62,934 bases of DNA, filler included, from Sluysia triapertura (GCA_046118255.1; 5 parts of 5 records of this genome joined end to end with filler, not necessarily neighbours in it), one strand, 5' to 3'. Shown: positions 1 through 14,906, counted from the whole stretch's first letter. A program made the numbers and translations. The notes: a model not told the origin generated them from the letters alone.

Positions 1-76
1 TCCCTTCATACCATTTAAATCAATAAAAAAACCTAATATTTAGAAATGGGACTCTTATTTTCGGACAGAGGGAGTA
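1..76. mobile_element. Stowaway/mariner-like MITE, right end (left end probably just before window start)
   Basis: Ends ...TTTCGGACAGAGGGAG-TA; the reverse complement TA-CTCCCTCTGTCCGAAA resembles the Stowaway/mariner TIR (CTCCCTCCGT) with a TA target site. The window starts with TCCCTTC, like a degenerate left TIR. Confidence 0.55.
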
Positions 77-3000
77 CTATATTACTTGATTGGTATGCTA
101 GATAGAATCTGAAAATTAATAATTAAATTCCTTAAATAAAATGGCTGTAAATTCTTTAACTTTGGTGGATATAAAATTTATCAAAATAATTTTACATCGA
201 AGTAACATTTTACAATTTTTTCTAAATTAGAGATTGATCAATTTAGAATCATACTTAGCTGAAGTGTTACTTCTAAATATGAAATATGATATTCATTCTA
301 TTTGTTTCTAAAATAATAACATTTATTTGGTCTAAAATTCAATTCAGCAATGATGTAGTAATTCGTAAATTATAAAAGAAGTCATAAATCACTAAGTAAA
401 GTAAAATTATAATAAAAAATAATAAGTAACTTTGTTCAACTTTATATTTTTGATCTCTATATCATTATAAATATTCGATCATCTGTGGTACACCAAGATT
501 CGATCCAATTCATTCTAAATAATAAGAAACTGACTGAAACACATTTTATAAATGCAATAAAGAAAAATATCCTTTTTTGGTTAGATTTCCGTAAAGTTAG
601 TGACGAAAAGTTGTAGTCAATACGACCGTTAAATCTATTAATAGCTTTATTATACAAGTAGCGTATAATAAAGGTCTTTTTCGAAAAGATAATAACAGTA
701 TCTACTACTGCAATAAGATCATATTTTATTAAGTTTTAATAAGTTATAAAATATCTCCAGCGATTGGATTTTTATTGAGTTCTTATTAAAGTGGATATGA
801 ATTCATTTGTTGGACCTATTTTCTTTGTGTTTGAGTTTATTTTGTGATGCAAAGCATTACTAAGTGTATCCGAATATTAAGATAAGTCTAGAATTTGCGA
901 CAGAGCACAAATGTTTTGAAATAATTAATAATTAATAATTTCTGTACTCGAACTAGTTAATTAATTGAAATATTTTAGACGAATCGAATAAATAAATATA
1001 TATAGTTCTACTATAAATACATCTGTCAGTATCACTAACAATTTATTTTCATTATAATAAATTATTCATAAATTAAAACTGATAAATCGATCTTTCAAAT
1101 TTTGAAACAATTTATTATACTCACTTTTATACAGCAGACAAATACTAGAAACGTTCATTGGTAAGTTCTTAATTCATTACTTTTGTTAATAAAACTTCAC
1201 TTATTTATTTAACAATTATAAATTTTAATTTTAATCGGGTTCCTCTGTAGGTTACGATTTACAACATGAAGAGGACGTAACTACAGAACTTACTATAAAC
1301 TACGAAAATAAGATTTTCCCTACTCTTGGTAATTAAAACTATAATTAGTTTGTCAATAACTTATTTTTTCTTTCCGACGATACGTTTAAGGTCTCTTATG
1401 CTATTTATTAACTAACACTTTTATTAATCCTTCTTCTTTTAAAATTTTAAAATCTTTAATTTAATTGGATTTTTTCCTATACTTTTTAAAATTTCTTTAT
1501 TATCTAGAAATTTATTAAATCTTTAGTTATTTAAATTTTTTCTTTTAATGCTATCTAAACATAAAAATGAATTAACAGGAAGGATTTATTCAATAAAGAA
1601 TGATACACTTGTAAATGTATGTATATATAATATAAATATACAATTGAAAATAGCGAATAAATATAATTCTTTATTTTATTTCGAATTTTAAATTATTTTA
1701 ATTATTTAGCAATATTTTAACGCTAGTTAATCAAAGAGCAGAAAACTTACTGAAATTATTAGCTTATGTGAACCGATAGAGAGATAAAATAATATCTTCT
1801 TAAACGCTCGACAAACGATAACTTCCAGTACGCTAAAATTAAGCACGAGAATCACTGTTGTACACTAAGCAATACTGTGATGAATTATAAAGTTAAAACT
1901 TTCCTTTTATAGCTGGATGAATTGTCATATGATCACACGTAAAATACTCCGCGAAATTATAAGATTTATAAAATATGAAAACTACATGAAAACTGCACTG
2001 TTTTTAAAGTATTGTTTTAGATTTTTCAATAAAGATAAAATCTGCCATTAAATTGATAATAAAATAATAATCAATTCGAAATAAATTACAGATTATTCAT
2101 TATTTACACTTTTTATTGAACTAATAAAATAAAATAATAAATAAATTTTCTAAAATAATTAATAAAATAAATTATTATGAACATTTATTATTAAAAATAC
2201 TAATTATTTTACAAAAACTAAAAATTCTAAAAATTATTTATGAAATTGTGTAATTAAAAATAAAATTAAACAATTATTTTATTTTTACACTTTTATCATA
2301 AATCTACTTAATTGTTACAGTACAAGTTTTTACATTTTTAAAATATTTTAAAAATTAATCGATAAAATGACTTATTAAAATCATTTTAGAAATCATTACT
2401 TGGTGCATGTACATTTACATTAATTCACGAAAGATATTTAGGTGTGGATTTTTCAATTCCTTTTATTGATGAATCAAATGCAGCTATGCTTTTATTTCCT
2501 GAAGAAACTTCTAAACTATGGGTTGTTTTCAGGTTATCATTTCGTATTTGATTTTAAAAATATTTTATTATATTTTACTAATATTTTTTACTGATGATAA
2601 TAATAAGTAATAATGAAATAATGATTTTCAAAATTTAATATTGTAATGACTCATTATCATTAGAGTAAACTTTGAATTTTGTAATGTTAATGTCACTAAT
2701 AAACTTGGAATTTTATAATATTAATAAACCTTTACTTTGAATATTTATTATTTTTCTAGCTTGGTAATCAATTTTAGTTTTGAATTTTGTAATATTTGTC
2801 AATTTTATTTTCTGAAAGTAATAATTCAAATGTATGAATTTTTATTAAAATTTTAATTATTTTGAAAAAATTTCTTAAAATAATTGTACTATAATTTTGA
2901 TTATTTTGAGAAAATTATTAAAATAAATTAAGGTCACTAACTTTCAATATATGTTTAAACATTTAAATACAAAAACAAGTAGATAAACAAGGAATTCACA

Positions 3001-3129
3001 AGTTAATATCACATGTATTTTATCAAAGTTTTATAAATCTCTTAATCGAAAAGTTTCGGCGGTGGTTATAAATTAACAATTTTCTGGATCCAAAAAACTA
3101 TTTTTAGTGACGTTAATTTAATTTTATTA

Positions 3130-3679
3130 CGTACGATAATTATTATTATCATTAGTAATATAAACGTAACATTATTTTTTAAATCTTGAGATCATATAAT
3201 CATCTACAGTAAAATATAATTTTTAAAATCTTAAATCGTTAAATCAACTAACTGAGAAAACAGTTAGTTTATGCAACTTAATTATGGGTTATTTATTCAT
3301 TTTATTTTATTTATTAATTGCTTCACTAATTTATATAGCTTTAAATTATATTAAACTATTACATTCAATTGATTTCAAAAAACTAGAATTTAATTCTAGG
3401 AAGTAAAATCTTTTCAACGATTCCGTATAAAGGAATCCATGCAAAATTAATAACTAATTTCTATTCTTTATTTAATTTTGAATTTGTAACTTAAATTATT
3501 AAGATTTTTAACGTAGCAAAGATATAAAATTCACCTCCAGATAGAAGAACTTTATTGACATATTTTCTCCAAAAACTTATCTTGCAAAAATGCAACAGCT
3601 GGTCCTAGCAGGTAAGTCCAATGCGTTGGTGAACTCACATATTTAACTTACTTTATTCTATTTGCATACTTTTCTCACA
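3130..3679 (+). mobile_element. Solo LTR related to the LTR of retroelement 1
   Basis: 3370-3679 aligns by eye to the reverse complement of 24575-24850 (CTAGAATTTAATTCTAG; CCTAGCAGGTAAGT; CGTTGGTG.ACTCACAT; TTTTCTCACA end). Left boundary approximate. Confidence 0.75.
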
Positions 3680-4462
3680 TTACCAAACTTGTCTGGATTT
3701 AATATTTCCTAATTAATTTTCTAATTAAAAAGTGAATTTATCTTTTGATCACTTAAATTGTAATTTAAATTGATAAGTGATTTCTAAATATATGTATTCT
3801 TAAATTAATTTTTCCATCTACATTTCCATCTTCTTCGACATTATCTACATTTTCGTACGTATTTTCTTTGTCTTCATTGCTTATTTTGTATGTCTAAAAA
3901 ATTTAAAGAAAATAACAATTCTTATTTTTATTTCCATTTTTGGCCTTGCTCACCATCATCGAAAAATCAATTTAATAAAAAAATCAAAATTACTTTTATA
4001 TATTTTTGATTTCTGAAATATTTTCTTTGTCGACGACTTTCCAAAAATTAAATTATTTCCTATATGTTTATATGCATTCATTTCTTCTGCCACTTCACAC
4101 TAAATAATAATTATATTGAGTACTATTAAATGATAAAATAGCATCTTTCCATAATACATGATTTTGTAACTTTCAACTTAACAAATAATAATTTATCATT
4201 AAGATCAAGATAATCAGTTTCTGATGTTTATATTTTAAATTATGTATCACCATCATCATTATTTGTTCTGTTGATGAATAAATCTCTTCGAAAGCTGTAT
4301 TTTGTAAAACAAAAATATATAATTTAGTTTTTACACAACTCATTATTTATTATTAAATATGGTTCGTTCATTTTTCGTTTATAGTTTTAACAACTTTTAC
4401 ATGTTTCTTACTCGTTTCTTACTCAAAAGTAATATAAATAAAAATATATTTGTATGATGCAG

Positions 4463-4464
<2 letters not shown>

Positions 4465-4517
<53 letters not shown>
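4465..4517. repeat. (AAT)n microsatellite
   Basis: Perfect AAT run. Confidence 0.95.
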
Positions 4518-4518
<1 letters not shown>

Positions 4519-4616
4519 GATCCAAACACATACTATGTATGTAAAGCAGTTAAAGTTATAGATTGCTAATAGTTGTTACTAAAAAGAATATAAACAAATT
4601 AGAATGTTTAATGATG

Positions 4617-4802
4617 ATGAATAATGTATGATATAAATAATGTAAGATATCAATAATGTATGATAAAGATAATGTAAGATATCAATAATGTAAGATATAG
4701 ATAATGTAAGATATCAATAATGTATGATATATATGATGTAAGATATCAATAATGTAAGATATAGATAATGTAAGATATGAATAATGTAAAATATGAATAA
4801 TG
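4617..4802. repeat. 16-bp minisatellite (AATAATGTAAGATATC variants)
   Basis: About 11 tandem units of (A/G)ATAATGTA(A/T)GATAT(C/A/G). Confidence 0.9.
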
Positions 4803-7526
4803 TTTAGGGGATTTAGTTTATGAAATATTAACTTTATCGGACGCCGATCTAGTAATGTTTGGAATGTTACGAATTTAACAATGTTTGTATATAAACTATT
4901 GAATTTAGTTTAGAAAACTTTGTTGGTTAATAAATCTTTTAATCTTGACGTCAAATTTTATATAAACTTTATTCGTATTATTGATTCTAAATTCGTTATA
5001 AATAATACATTTAAAACCTTTACATAGTTTAATGATAATCAAGTTACAGAAATAAATTAACAAGACATTAACAACTATAAATTTTGTATTTATATTAATA
5101 TTAGGACAAAAAGTGTAAATTTTATTACTATATTTCATCTAACTAAAAATGAGAATTTAAGTTATGTAAAAAGTCAACAAAAGAAAAATTTACATTGTTG
5201 AGATACTGCACAACTCGTGAATTCCGCGCCAATATGTCTTGATCTTGAAACCATGAGTAATCGGTGAACTCAATTTTATTAGAATTCACTTCTATTTTAT
5301 TTTTGAATAAAGAAAATTCTAACAGAGTAAAAACCTTTATTATATCACATTTTGATAATCTTAGCATACGCTCTGTAAAAATATTACACAATTCGCTAGT
5401 AGTGAAATCATTGTTTTCTCCACTATTATTCTTACAAATAATCGTACAAACGTTTGTACAATCATCACTAATAACATTATCTTAATCAGTAATTTTATTC
5501 ACTTTATCTTTTTTAGATGTTTTATAGATAATATTTATTTTATAATTCAAAACATTTGATAAATCTAATAATTTGAGAATAACTATGAAAATTCTAACAA
5601 TTAATATAAAAATAAATTCAAAAAATGATGTTATCGTTAGCAGGATAGATAAGGCAAAGTCGCTACGAACATTTATTTCATCTTTCATATCTAATACAAA
5701 ATAGGATAAGTGACCACAAAACGTTGTTGTTGATTTATTATAAAAAGTCGTAAGATAGCTGAATGAAAATGTAACATGTAGTAGAACATTATCTTGAGCT
5801 ACGAATTTTAAATTATATTTACTATGAACAGTCATATAAATGTTAAGTGAAATGACCATATTCTCTTTATCACAACTGTAGCGTTTTGAAAAATCAATTG
5901 AGATGATCATAAATTTATCAGCATTATTCGTTTGACTTAATGTAGTATTACTCTTTTTCTTTTAGCATATCGTCTAAACGTAATTGAGAATCGAAAATAT
6001 AATATATTTCATTAAAACGTTAGCTCTCAGCAGCTGAACTAGTTCTTTAAAAAATAATAAACCCTTACTATATGTATACATTGGATCCAATGGCCATTCT
6101 AAAACTGAAACTATGTATTCTGAATTACATGCGCAAATTAAATAATATCGTTCTATGACATATTTGAGTTTTGCATATAATTTACTAATTATTAAACTAA
6201 TTAATAATTTAATAATTATTATTTGTTGCTATTCTCAGTTGATGCTGGAGAAGACTTTAATAAGACATCAGATATTTGATAAGTAGAATCAGATTTTGTT
6301 TCGTATAAATTTTTAATATCATTTACTGATTGACGAAGTGATACAATTAGTTCTATGTCAGAACCAAGTTAAGAGTTTTATTGTGATTCTTTATTCATTT
6401 TTACTTGCAAGTTTCGTATAATTTCTATAGCATAAAATATTTGTAATTGTGAAATTTTGACGGAGTAATTTACTTTTACAAAATTTTTTTGCAATTAAAT
6501 TTTATTTTTGTATCAGATGACCATTGATTTGTCATCCAACCAGAATTGTTTACACGAAAGGAGAATGATTATTATTCTGGTTGGATGGCCAATAAGAGTG
6601 AACCACTTGCACTGAAAATCAATAAACCAACCACCATCAGTAGTGACATTAATTAAAATGTATTGAAATGAATTAGCTACTGATAGTAGTAGTTACTGAT
6701 TTATTTAAATTAAAAATTGTGTTAATTAAAAAATGAAAATAATAATGGTGATAATAATAATAATAATAACGAAAGTGTTATTATTATTAACCCAAAAGCA
6801 TAAAATTCTACATTTCTTTGTATAACATGATCTTGCTTTGAATGCTTTAAATTTCTTACATATTTTAATAAATTTAAATGTATTTAAACTAAAGATCTTT
6901 ACGTATTTGTTGTTTTGAATGGGTTTTACGAATATAATTGACGTTTTCTGATATGGTAGCAGTTCTTCTGTTATGCAGTAAAATGTAGAACGTTAGAGTG
7001 AATTTCTGGATGATGACTAATGTTTTTGACTGATAGCGACATTTGAACATTGGGAGGTTGTGAAAAACAGATACATTGAGAAGAATGTGGTTTAGTGAAT
7101 GTAAAAGAAATAAATTATAGTACAACTCTTAGTATATTTGAAATGTTATTGTGCAATGTTAATGACATGATTTGTTTTCTTGCTGTTTTTAAGTGGTATT
7201 ATATTTTGTGCTGTTAATGGTTATGTGATGACAAATGATGAATTTAAAATGTTGTAATTGATTCGAAGGTGTCTAGTGGATAATTTCTAATGAGGTTGAA
7301 GTTTGATTGTTGTGAATATCCAGTAATATATTTTTGATGGATCTGTTGGTGTAAATTAGTGATATTGGATGTAAATGTGATTTCTATGTTAAGAAATTGT
7401 GAATGTGACTTGATTCTGGCAGATGAACTGTTTTATGAATGTAGAGGAGATGTATATATGAATATTAAAGTGTTAAATAATTAGTTTATTTTTAAAATGT
7501 AATAATAGTGAAGGTTAACCACCACA
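4800..7526 (-). mobile_element. Cargo-carrying TG...CA element, copy A (left end unresolved)
   Basis: Minus-strand start TGTGGTGGTTAAC at 7526; about 0.9 kb C/A-skewed segment homologous to 41800-42500; inverted repeat at 6533-6587; decayed ORFs at 4905-6180. Confidence 0.6.
4905..6180 (-). pseudogene. Disrupted unknown protein, homolog of ORF 46833-48137
   Basis: DPMYTYSKGLLFFK (about 6050-6090) vs TNPVISCNEGMLFFQ; INNTNKVYIKFDVKIK vs VNNLTKGYTPFDHDIK; split by stops into ORFs 5482-5910, 5143-5391 and 4905-5138. Confidence 0.55.
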
Positions 7527-8039
7527 TAAATTTTTAGTAATTCTCTTACTTTGAGAATAATTATTATTTCCTCGAAAAATTAAAATCAATAGCAACACAT
7601 TAATTTACTGTTAAACAAAAATCAAAGTAAAATTTATTATTGTTATTAATCTCCACTAAACAATAGTAAAAATAACTAAAAATGACAAAATTAATAATAG
7701 TGTTTATAATAATATTAAGGAAACTACAATCTAACCAAATAAACCAGGAGTGATGCAAGAGATACTAAAAATAAAATATCTAGAAAGTTAATAATAATGA
7801 TGCTGCTTAAATATTTTTAGATAACTTAACCAAGAGTAACCACAATTAAATATTATAACAAATATTTTGTGCAGAGATACTTTCTAAAACTTAACAGTAA
7901 TATCTAAAGTAAAAATATTAAACAGTTTTTAAAAAATAAATAGTGTATGGTGTCTCCCTCATAACTAGTTTAGAAATTGCTAAAAATCAAATTTAATATT
8001 TTACAAAAAATTGTGTTGGGTGTCTCCCACCAAATTAAC

Positions 8040-9130
8040 TTTAAAATCCCTTAAAAACAGGTAAAATAGTAATGATAATAATAATCACGTTAACAATATT
8101 AAAATAATAAATGAAAATAACAAAATTATAAAATGTCCCTAACAAGAGCATGGATCTTCTTAATGCTGCAAATCTTTTTGTGTCTTGTGAATGTGTTGTA
8201 AAAATTAAAAATTTGTATTTACACTCTTTCATCATCCAAAAATCCCAAGTCTCACAATCAATCACTCTTTCACATAAATTATTCAAACCTCTTTGAGAAT
8301 CAAACCGACAATAACAACTTCTACAATTATATCGTACAATTATATCAAACTTCATTAGGTACAAAACATAGAAATTTGATTTATTATCAACCATCATTTC
8401 CTTTTACTCTACTCAATCTATTTTACTTAAATTACTTCTCGCATTAAAATAACAATCAATAATATTATTAACATACATAAAAATAAAGAAACTAATTTCA
8501 CTTTTTAGAATTTAATTGATTTTCGATTTTTCAAACCCAGTTTTCTAATGAAAAATGTTCTAATGAAATTGTTCTTATTCTCAAACAAACTATTTACAAA
8601 CATTTCGAACTCATTTATAGATTCTCCTCGTTCGTAGCAATCGTCGCATATTCCATTGATTACATTTGCATCACTCTACGCATAAAAAATTCAACATTCC
8701 ATAAGTAAAAATTAATTAAAATTTGCCTTTGCTCAGTATTAAGGCTTTCCTTGTCATGAACTCGGTCAAACCATACGTTCATCGAAAAATGTTTTCAAAA
8801 CAAGTACATACAGTTTCAAATTTAACGTGGCATTCCGCATTCACAAGTTATTCACAAAAACGTAATTTTTCTTAATTAAGTTAATTACGATTTTAATTAA
8901 TTAATCTATTTTTAGATTTAATTTTATTTTATGTTTCAAGGTTTTATTGAGGTTCCAAGGTTATTTAGTAATTTATAAGGTACTCAGGAGGCTCTAGATG
9001 TTGTCACCTTCACATCTTTGATTCCTTTTCTACTTCTTTATGTTAATTATTACCATATTAAACTTATCTTTATTATTTTAAACAAAAATTTTATTTTTCA
9101 AACATTTTAAAGATTTTGTCCACTTTTATA
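8040..9130 (+). repeat. Copy of 2-kb solo-LTR-like family X
   Basis: Shares CATGGATCTTC, TTCTTAATTAAGTTAATTA.GATTTTAATTAAT and TGATTCCTTTT.TACTT blocks with 36705-38160 and 51326-53325. Confidence 0.8.
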
Positions 9131-9162
9131 CTATTAATCTTAATAATTGTTTTCACTTAGTT

Positions 9163-9237
9163 TTTACAGGTACGCCATTAGTAAGTTGCATACTGTAAAC
9201 GGAGTCAGAATAATAATTTAATTTGCTGCGAGTTAGA
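9163..9237 (+). repeat. About 75-bp dispersed repeat (possible DNA transposon terminus), copy 1
   Basis: TTTTTACAGGTACGCCATTAGTAAGT...ATACTGTAAACGGA.TCAGAATAATAATTTA also occurs at 33837-33912. Confidence 0.75.
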
Positions 9238-12199
9238 CTCTTCTATTAAGCACATGTTATATTCTTATAATTTTATTGTTTACACTTTTTATTATCATGA
9301 ACTAGTTAAATTTTGTTTTTGCGCAGGATAGATCTGTAAAGTAATAATAAAAATAATTTTTATATTTTTAACATAATATTTGTGTGTAATAATTTTTATC
9401 TGTCAAGTAATAATAACGATATTTAAATACTTGTTTTTAGAAAAGAATTAATTATTGCATTTAGATTATTTTTGTTTAAAATATTTATTTTTAGATTACT
9501 TTATGGATAATTTTCGGAAGATTTAATTAGTTTATGAAAAAATTATAATGTAACGAACTTTTGAAAGATAATCCTTTTAAAAAGAGTATTAAAAACAGGA
9601 TTTGTAATAAAATCGTACTACAACGATGACAAAGAACAAGAGAAAAAACACGGGCAGATATAATTTGGATTTCTGAGGTCATTTTATCAATCAACTGTCA
9701 CTTACAGCGTCTATTATTACTATTTGATATCAAAAAATCAGAAGACATTTTCGAAAAACAATTCTTTCCACGAATACGTAAGATTATTTTGTTATGTTTC
9801 ATCCCTTTTTAATGGAAGGACTAATACATTAAAATCATACAAATTTAAGGCTATTTTAATCGTAGCTTTAAACTATTAATGAAATCATCATTTGGTATTA
9901 AGAAAAATTTATCAAGTATTATTTTATTATTATAACATTTTCTTGCTGTATTTTTATAATTGTATCTATTGTAACTTTATAGATTTACATATTTGAGTTT
10001 ATTGGAGAAATTATAATATAATACGAGTTGATCCCACATTTTGTAAATTAAACCTTAAAGCTTTGAAAGAGGAATAACTTTTCCTCTTTCATTTGTTACG
10101 CAAAAATCCTATAGACCATCTTTTCTTATGGAATATAAATCGACTTTCATAGGTGAACTTATCCTCAGATAAACTATTTTGTTAAGTGTTTACAATTAAA
10201 ATAGCTAGTAGAGGCTGAAAGATAAAGCTGAATTTACATTTGGAATTTATAAATATTCAAACAGAAAAACTTGCAGATTAAAACATCACAAAAATAATTT
10301 TATTGTGCTCGTAAGTAATACAGAAGTAAATTTATTTTAATAAAAACATTGACTTTAAGCTCAATCCAATTTAAATACGGGGTGGGAGTTGAAATAAACT
10401 CTCTACATTCGACAAAATTAGGCATTCAGATTGAAATAAAGATGAGTCAAAGTTTGAAATTTAATTATTTCAAAGTAGCAAGTGATAACTTATGTTACAA
10501 AGTAAAGTTTAATAACGACTTCTTTTCAAACATAAGATCATGCTTAGTTAATGCTTAATATTAAAAAAATAGGAGAGTCCTTTGCGTTGTACATGTACGT
10601 ATTGATAGAGTTTTGCCTTCACACATTAAGTATTCCTAAATTACACCAAGCATGTTCTCATCAATGTATGAAAATAATGAAATATAATGACAATTACTTC
10701 ATAAGAAAAACCGACATTATTCATCTTATGAAACTATTAAGTAATATACATAAGGCACATTCAAATTCAATAATTACCAAATTTCATTCCTAAAATGTTT
10801 ATCAACTACACAAAAATGCCTAATTTTAAATTACTAAAATTATTCAGAGTAAGATTACCTCCAAAAAATGTTTAATTAATTTACTAAGTAGTTCATGTTA
10901 TTCCAGTTTTATTATAATGTGACTAATTATATTTTTTGTATTTTAATCACTTACTACTTAAATTAGTAACTTACTAAAAATAAAGCAAAATAAAGGCGCA
11001 GCATAATCTGTAAAATATTCAAGGATAATACAAAAAAGTAAATTAATCACTTTTTGAATAACCTTATTCAACTTTAACTCCAGCACTACAATAATTACAT
11101 GTTTATGTATAAATATAAAAATAGCTTCTGTAATAAAAATTTTTTATTCTTTTGCAATATTGTAAACAAAATTTGGTGTCGCCGTAGCAGCGATAATATA
11201 TTTATATTTGGCTGTGACTGGTTGCTAAGGGCTAAACATGCTGACTAAAGAAACGAAGTATTTTGTTTTTGCTTAGTGACTTAATTGAATCAACATTTCA
11301 AAAATTAATTAGATTTAATTCGTGAATTTATAAATTTGTAAATTTAACTTTATGTGATTAAATGTAAAATTCTCTTTGCTTCTCTTTATTTATCTTTTAT
11401 ATAGAATTTTGAGTGTGTCTAAATATTGTTTAATATTTCATAAATCTTGTACGTACTTGAAAAATTTTTGTCTTCTATTACAAACTTAAACGTTTGATAA
11501 AATATTCTAAACTGATAGGTTAATGCTATCGCGTTGTATTAAACTTAACTGGAGGTATGAATTATTATACTCGTCCTCGTTGTTCAGGATAGAAGTGCTC
11601 AATAATAACTTTTTAACTCTTCAAATATTAATTTATTCTAAATTTTATTAAATCCTTCGGTAATTACTTATTCCTTGTTTAATTGTTTTAATATGATTAA
11701 CGAGCTCTAATATCAACCCCTTTAATTAACTAAAAGCTAAAACATGCGCGACAAATATTTAGCTCAAGTAAAATTTAAAAATATGTAATTCTACTAAATC
11801 AAGGTAGTTAAGGTTATTAATTTTATTAAACTTGTTAATTATTACAAACATAATCAATATACTTATATTACTAAATTTTATGAATTCTTAATCTTAATTT
11901 ATTACTTTAACATTAGCTAAATAATTAAAAGTAAAACACAAAATGTTAAAAATTTAGTATTAAGTTATAGGGTTATTCATTTTTATATTAACTAATATTC
12001 ATTTTTATATCAATAGAGTTAAAAAAATGTTTCAAAAATTAAATCAGACTTAGCTAAAAAATGAATTCTGTTCAATGTAAATATGTAAGTTAAAAGTATT
12101 AAAACTGTGAGTATCTTAAACATTTAAATAGTTTTCTACTGGTTTGTATGAATTTTATTAAAGATGTGCAGTTTTAAAACTTTCAAAGATAAAAACATA

Positions 12200-12567
12200 T
12201 TCATCTAAAAATATGAGATTTTCATCAACAATTCTTGAAATTTCATTTAAATAAATTTTTCTTTGATTTATCCTTTCAATGTATTTCTTTCAATTGGTAC
12301 CAATGTCAATTTTTTCTACTGAATCCCTTTTTTTAGTTTTTTTACAAATAGTAGGTTGGGAAATATTTAAATTTTCTAAACCAATGACCTTTTCTTTGAT
12401 TTCATTTTGTGTGATTGAATTGTCCATTGAAACCATGTTATATATGGCTTGATTGCATTATTGATCGCATTTTTGCGTAGACATGTAATTTTTCTTTTTT
12501 CGTTAGAAGTTGTAAAAATCTTTCCACTTTCATGATCTTTTATGATTCTCCAGACTGCCTGGCGACT
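12200..12567 (-). pseudogene. IS630/Tc1-superfamily transposase fragment (HTH to first catalytic D)
   Basis: Manual translation with frameshifts: SRQAVWRIIK...ITQNEIKEK...ISQPTICK..KKKGFSRKKLTLVPIERN...ENLIFLDE; truncated by the gap. Confidence 0.75.
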
Positions 12568-12667
12568 NNNNNNNNNNNNNNNNNNNNNNNNNNNNNNNNN
12601 NNNNNNNNNNNTTAATTAATTAANNNNNNNNNNNNNNNNNNNNNNNNNNNNNNNNNNNNNNNNNNNN
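12568..12667. other. Assembly gap/linker N44-TTAATTAATTAA-N44
   Basis: Identical 100-nt linker with six-frame stops occurs four times. Confidence 0.98.
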
Positions 12668-13028
12668 CAGTATACTAACTATTGAAATTATTAAGGTTTA
12701 AACTGATCAAGATAATAATAGTGGGTTTAATATTTAACAAGTTTTAAAGACGCAACAGTATACTTAATGATTTTATGTCGTATTTATCCTTAGTAGTTGA
12801 CTTACTTAATTGTATCTCCAGAAATTTATTTATGATCGGAATCCTTAAATCATATGTCCTAATGTTAGGCCAGAAATCTAATGTATCTCCCGTTTCAATT
12901 TATCGTAAAATAAATAGCACTTGGTAGGTTGGTAAATGAAATAATTTGATACTTGAATATTGTATAAGTCATAGGCAATATTAATTGTATTACTTACTAA
13001 CGGATTTTCTATATGAACAATATCACCA

Positions 13029-13469
13029 TCATAATGATAAATAGTCGGTGGTTATTGATGTTTTTAGAGTTGTAGAAAATCCTCGAAAAGCAAGTGGTTT
13101 AGTCAGAATTTTGTGTTTCTGTGCCAATATCAATTTTGAGTTATGTTTCATTTTATATTCGAATTCCAAAATGAGTGTAACTTGAAATAATTGATACTCA
13201 AATAAGTCTTCACATGATATTATCCAGTAAAAAACGTGTCGATTAATGTGAAAGTCGTTTTGACACCAACTTTGAAGACAAAATTTCATAGTAACATTAA
13301 CTATTTTTGCACTGCTTAGATTGATAGTAGCATAAATATCCTTTTGACCTGATTCTAGAGTAATTCGAGGTTGGTTATTCTTTGATATCCTATCATATGA
13401 GTATTTTTTGGTAACGCTTGCATATCCGAAATATATGTTAAACAGATACAAGCCACTAAAGTAGATCAT
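13029..13469 (-). CDS. Putative secreted/membrane accessory protein, unknown function
   Basis: 146 aa ORF with hydrophobic signal-like N-terminus (MIYFSGLYLFNIYFGYA), several Cys and N-glycosylation sequons; overlaps the stop of the upstream ORF. Confidence 0.4.
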   Translation of the reverse strand: MIYFSGLYLFNIYFGYASVTKKYSYDRISKNNQPRITLESGQKDIYATINLSSAKIVNVTMKFCLQSWCQNDFHINRHVFYWIISCEDLFEYQLFQVTLILEFEYKMKHNSKLILAQKHKILTKPLAFRGFSTTLKTSITTDYLSL

Positions 13470-14085
13470 AAATTCGTTAGTTGCATTCCGTTAAACGCAA
13501 ATGTATAATATCCTTCTATATCATTTTCGTATGTAAGGGAAGGTGATAGTAGTATCCCTAGTGGTGGATTAAAGTCAAATTGATGTGATGTAGTATAATG
13601 ATCATCAATGTCCTTATGAGATGATATATTCGAAAAAGAACATTTATTCATGATGAATTTTGCGATTAAAACAAATATAAAAATTAATGCAATTACTATC
13701 ATTATCGTTAATATGTAATCATTTCTAAACATGTCAAATATTGTCGGGGTGTTTTTTGTACCTCTTAAAGCAAAATGTAAACGTTCGATTTTCTTAGATG
13801 ACAAATAAATTCGTGCTATGATGTATCGTTCCTCATTAGCTAGAAAGTCCGAATATATTGTGTATGGATTTACTAAAGTATTCATACGATATTCGGAAAT
13901 AATCCAAGTGCTAAAATTGATTCGAGCCGGACGTAGACATGATAATTGAATTCGAATATTACTATACAATAACTTAACTTTCAAATCTGCATCTTAGTTA
14001 TAAAATTCGAAACACTCAAATTTGTAATGTTGACTGTTACATTGTGCAACTGAAATTATCGTTAACAATACTATGGGTAATAAAT
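13466..14085 (-). pseudogene. Putative type I membrane accessory protein (paralog 2)
   Basis: Signal-like LLPIVLLTIISVAQC upstream (one in-frame stop), then CLRPARINFSTW...EERYII...LHFALRG domain and TM segment YILTIMIVIALIFIFVLIAKF. Confidence 0.55.
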
Positions 14086-14906
14086 TATGTTTAATCTTAT
14101 GAGTTCTCGAAAGATTACTATATGCAATAACATTCACTATAGTCCCTATATTACAGCGAATAATGTCAGCATAATAAATAATCCATTTACTAGTTTTTCG
14201 GTCTGTTTTTCTAATGATACTTTCCTAAATGCAGCTGTATTAAATGTTGAATTATACAGTTCGTTTTTAAATCTAATTTCCCATTGTTAAGTGAATATTA
14301 ATGTGTCATATGACTGAATGACTGAATTGATTACCCACATTGATTTTATTGACTTTTATTACAAATTGATCACACATATGGTATTGATTTTATTTTTTGA
14401 TTTTTATTACAAAATTTTATGATTTTTGAAATAATTATTTATTCAAATTTTATCTAGGTAAGACTTTATTATATTGTTTATAATTTTTGCATGTGGTGTT
14501 GACATGGTACAAGATTCTGAATGAAAATAATACAGATAAAAAAATGAAATGATACATGAAAATATATAAAACAATACGTTAGTTTAATTTTTATATTAAA
14601 TTTTTTTAATTTTAGTTACAATATCTTATATGAATTTAGGAATAAAAAGAATTCTTAACTATGATTTTTCTTAATAAATGGATTAATTGTTTTGATCTTT
14701 TTGTATAATCCTGCTCTTTTATAGAGGCGTCTTATTTGACGATGACGTCTATTATGCTTCTGGGACTTTGACAACCCAGAAGGATAGTTAACAGGTGGTA
14801 TCTCTATTAAATGTTTTTTTACGTTTTTCCTTAAGGTATTATGGGTACGTGATTACTACTTCTTGCATTTCAATGCAGTGATCCAGTAAATATGATGGAA
14901 TTTTCT

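Noticed and set aside
4617-4802. Possible CRISPR-like array
   Set aside because: Head-to-tail 16-bp units without unique spacers; eukaryotic context
9540-10250. Possible transposase remnant
   Set aside because: Coding-like composition but no diagnostic motif I could confirm
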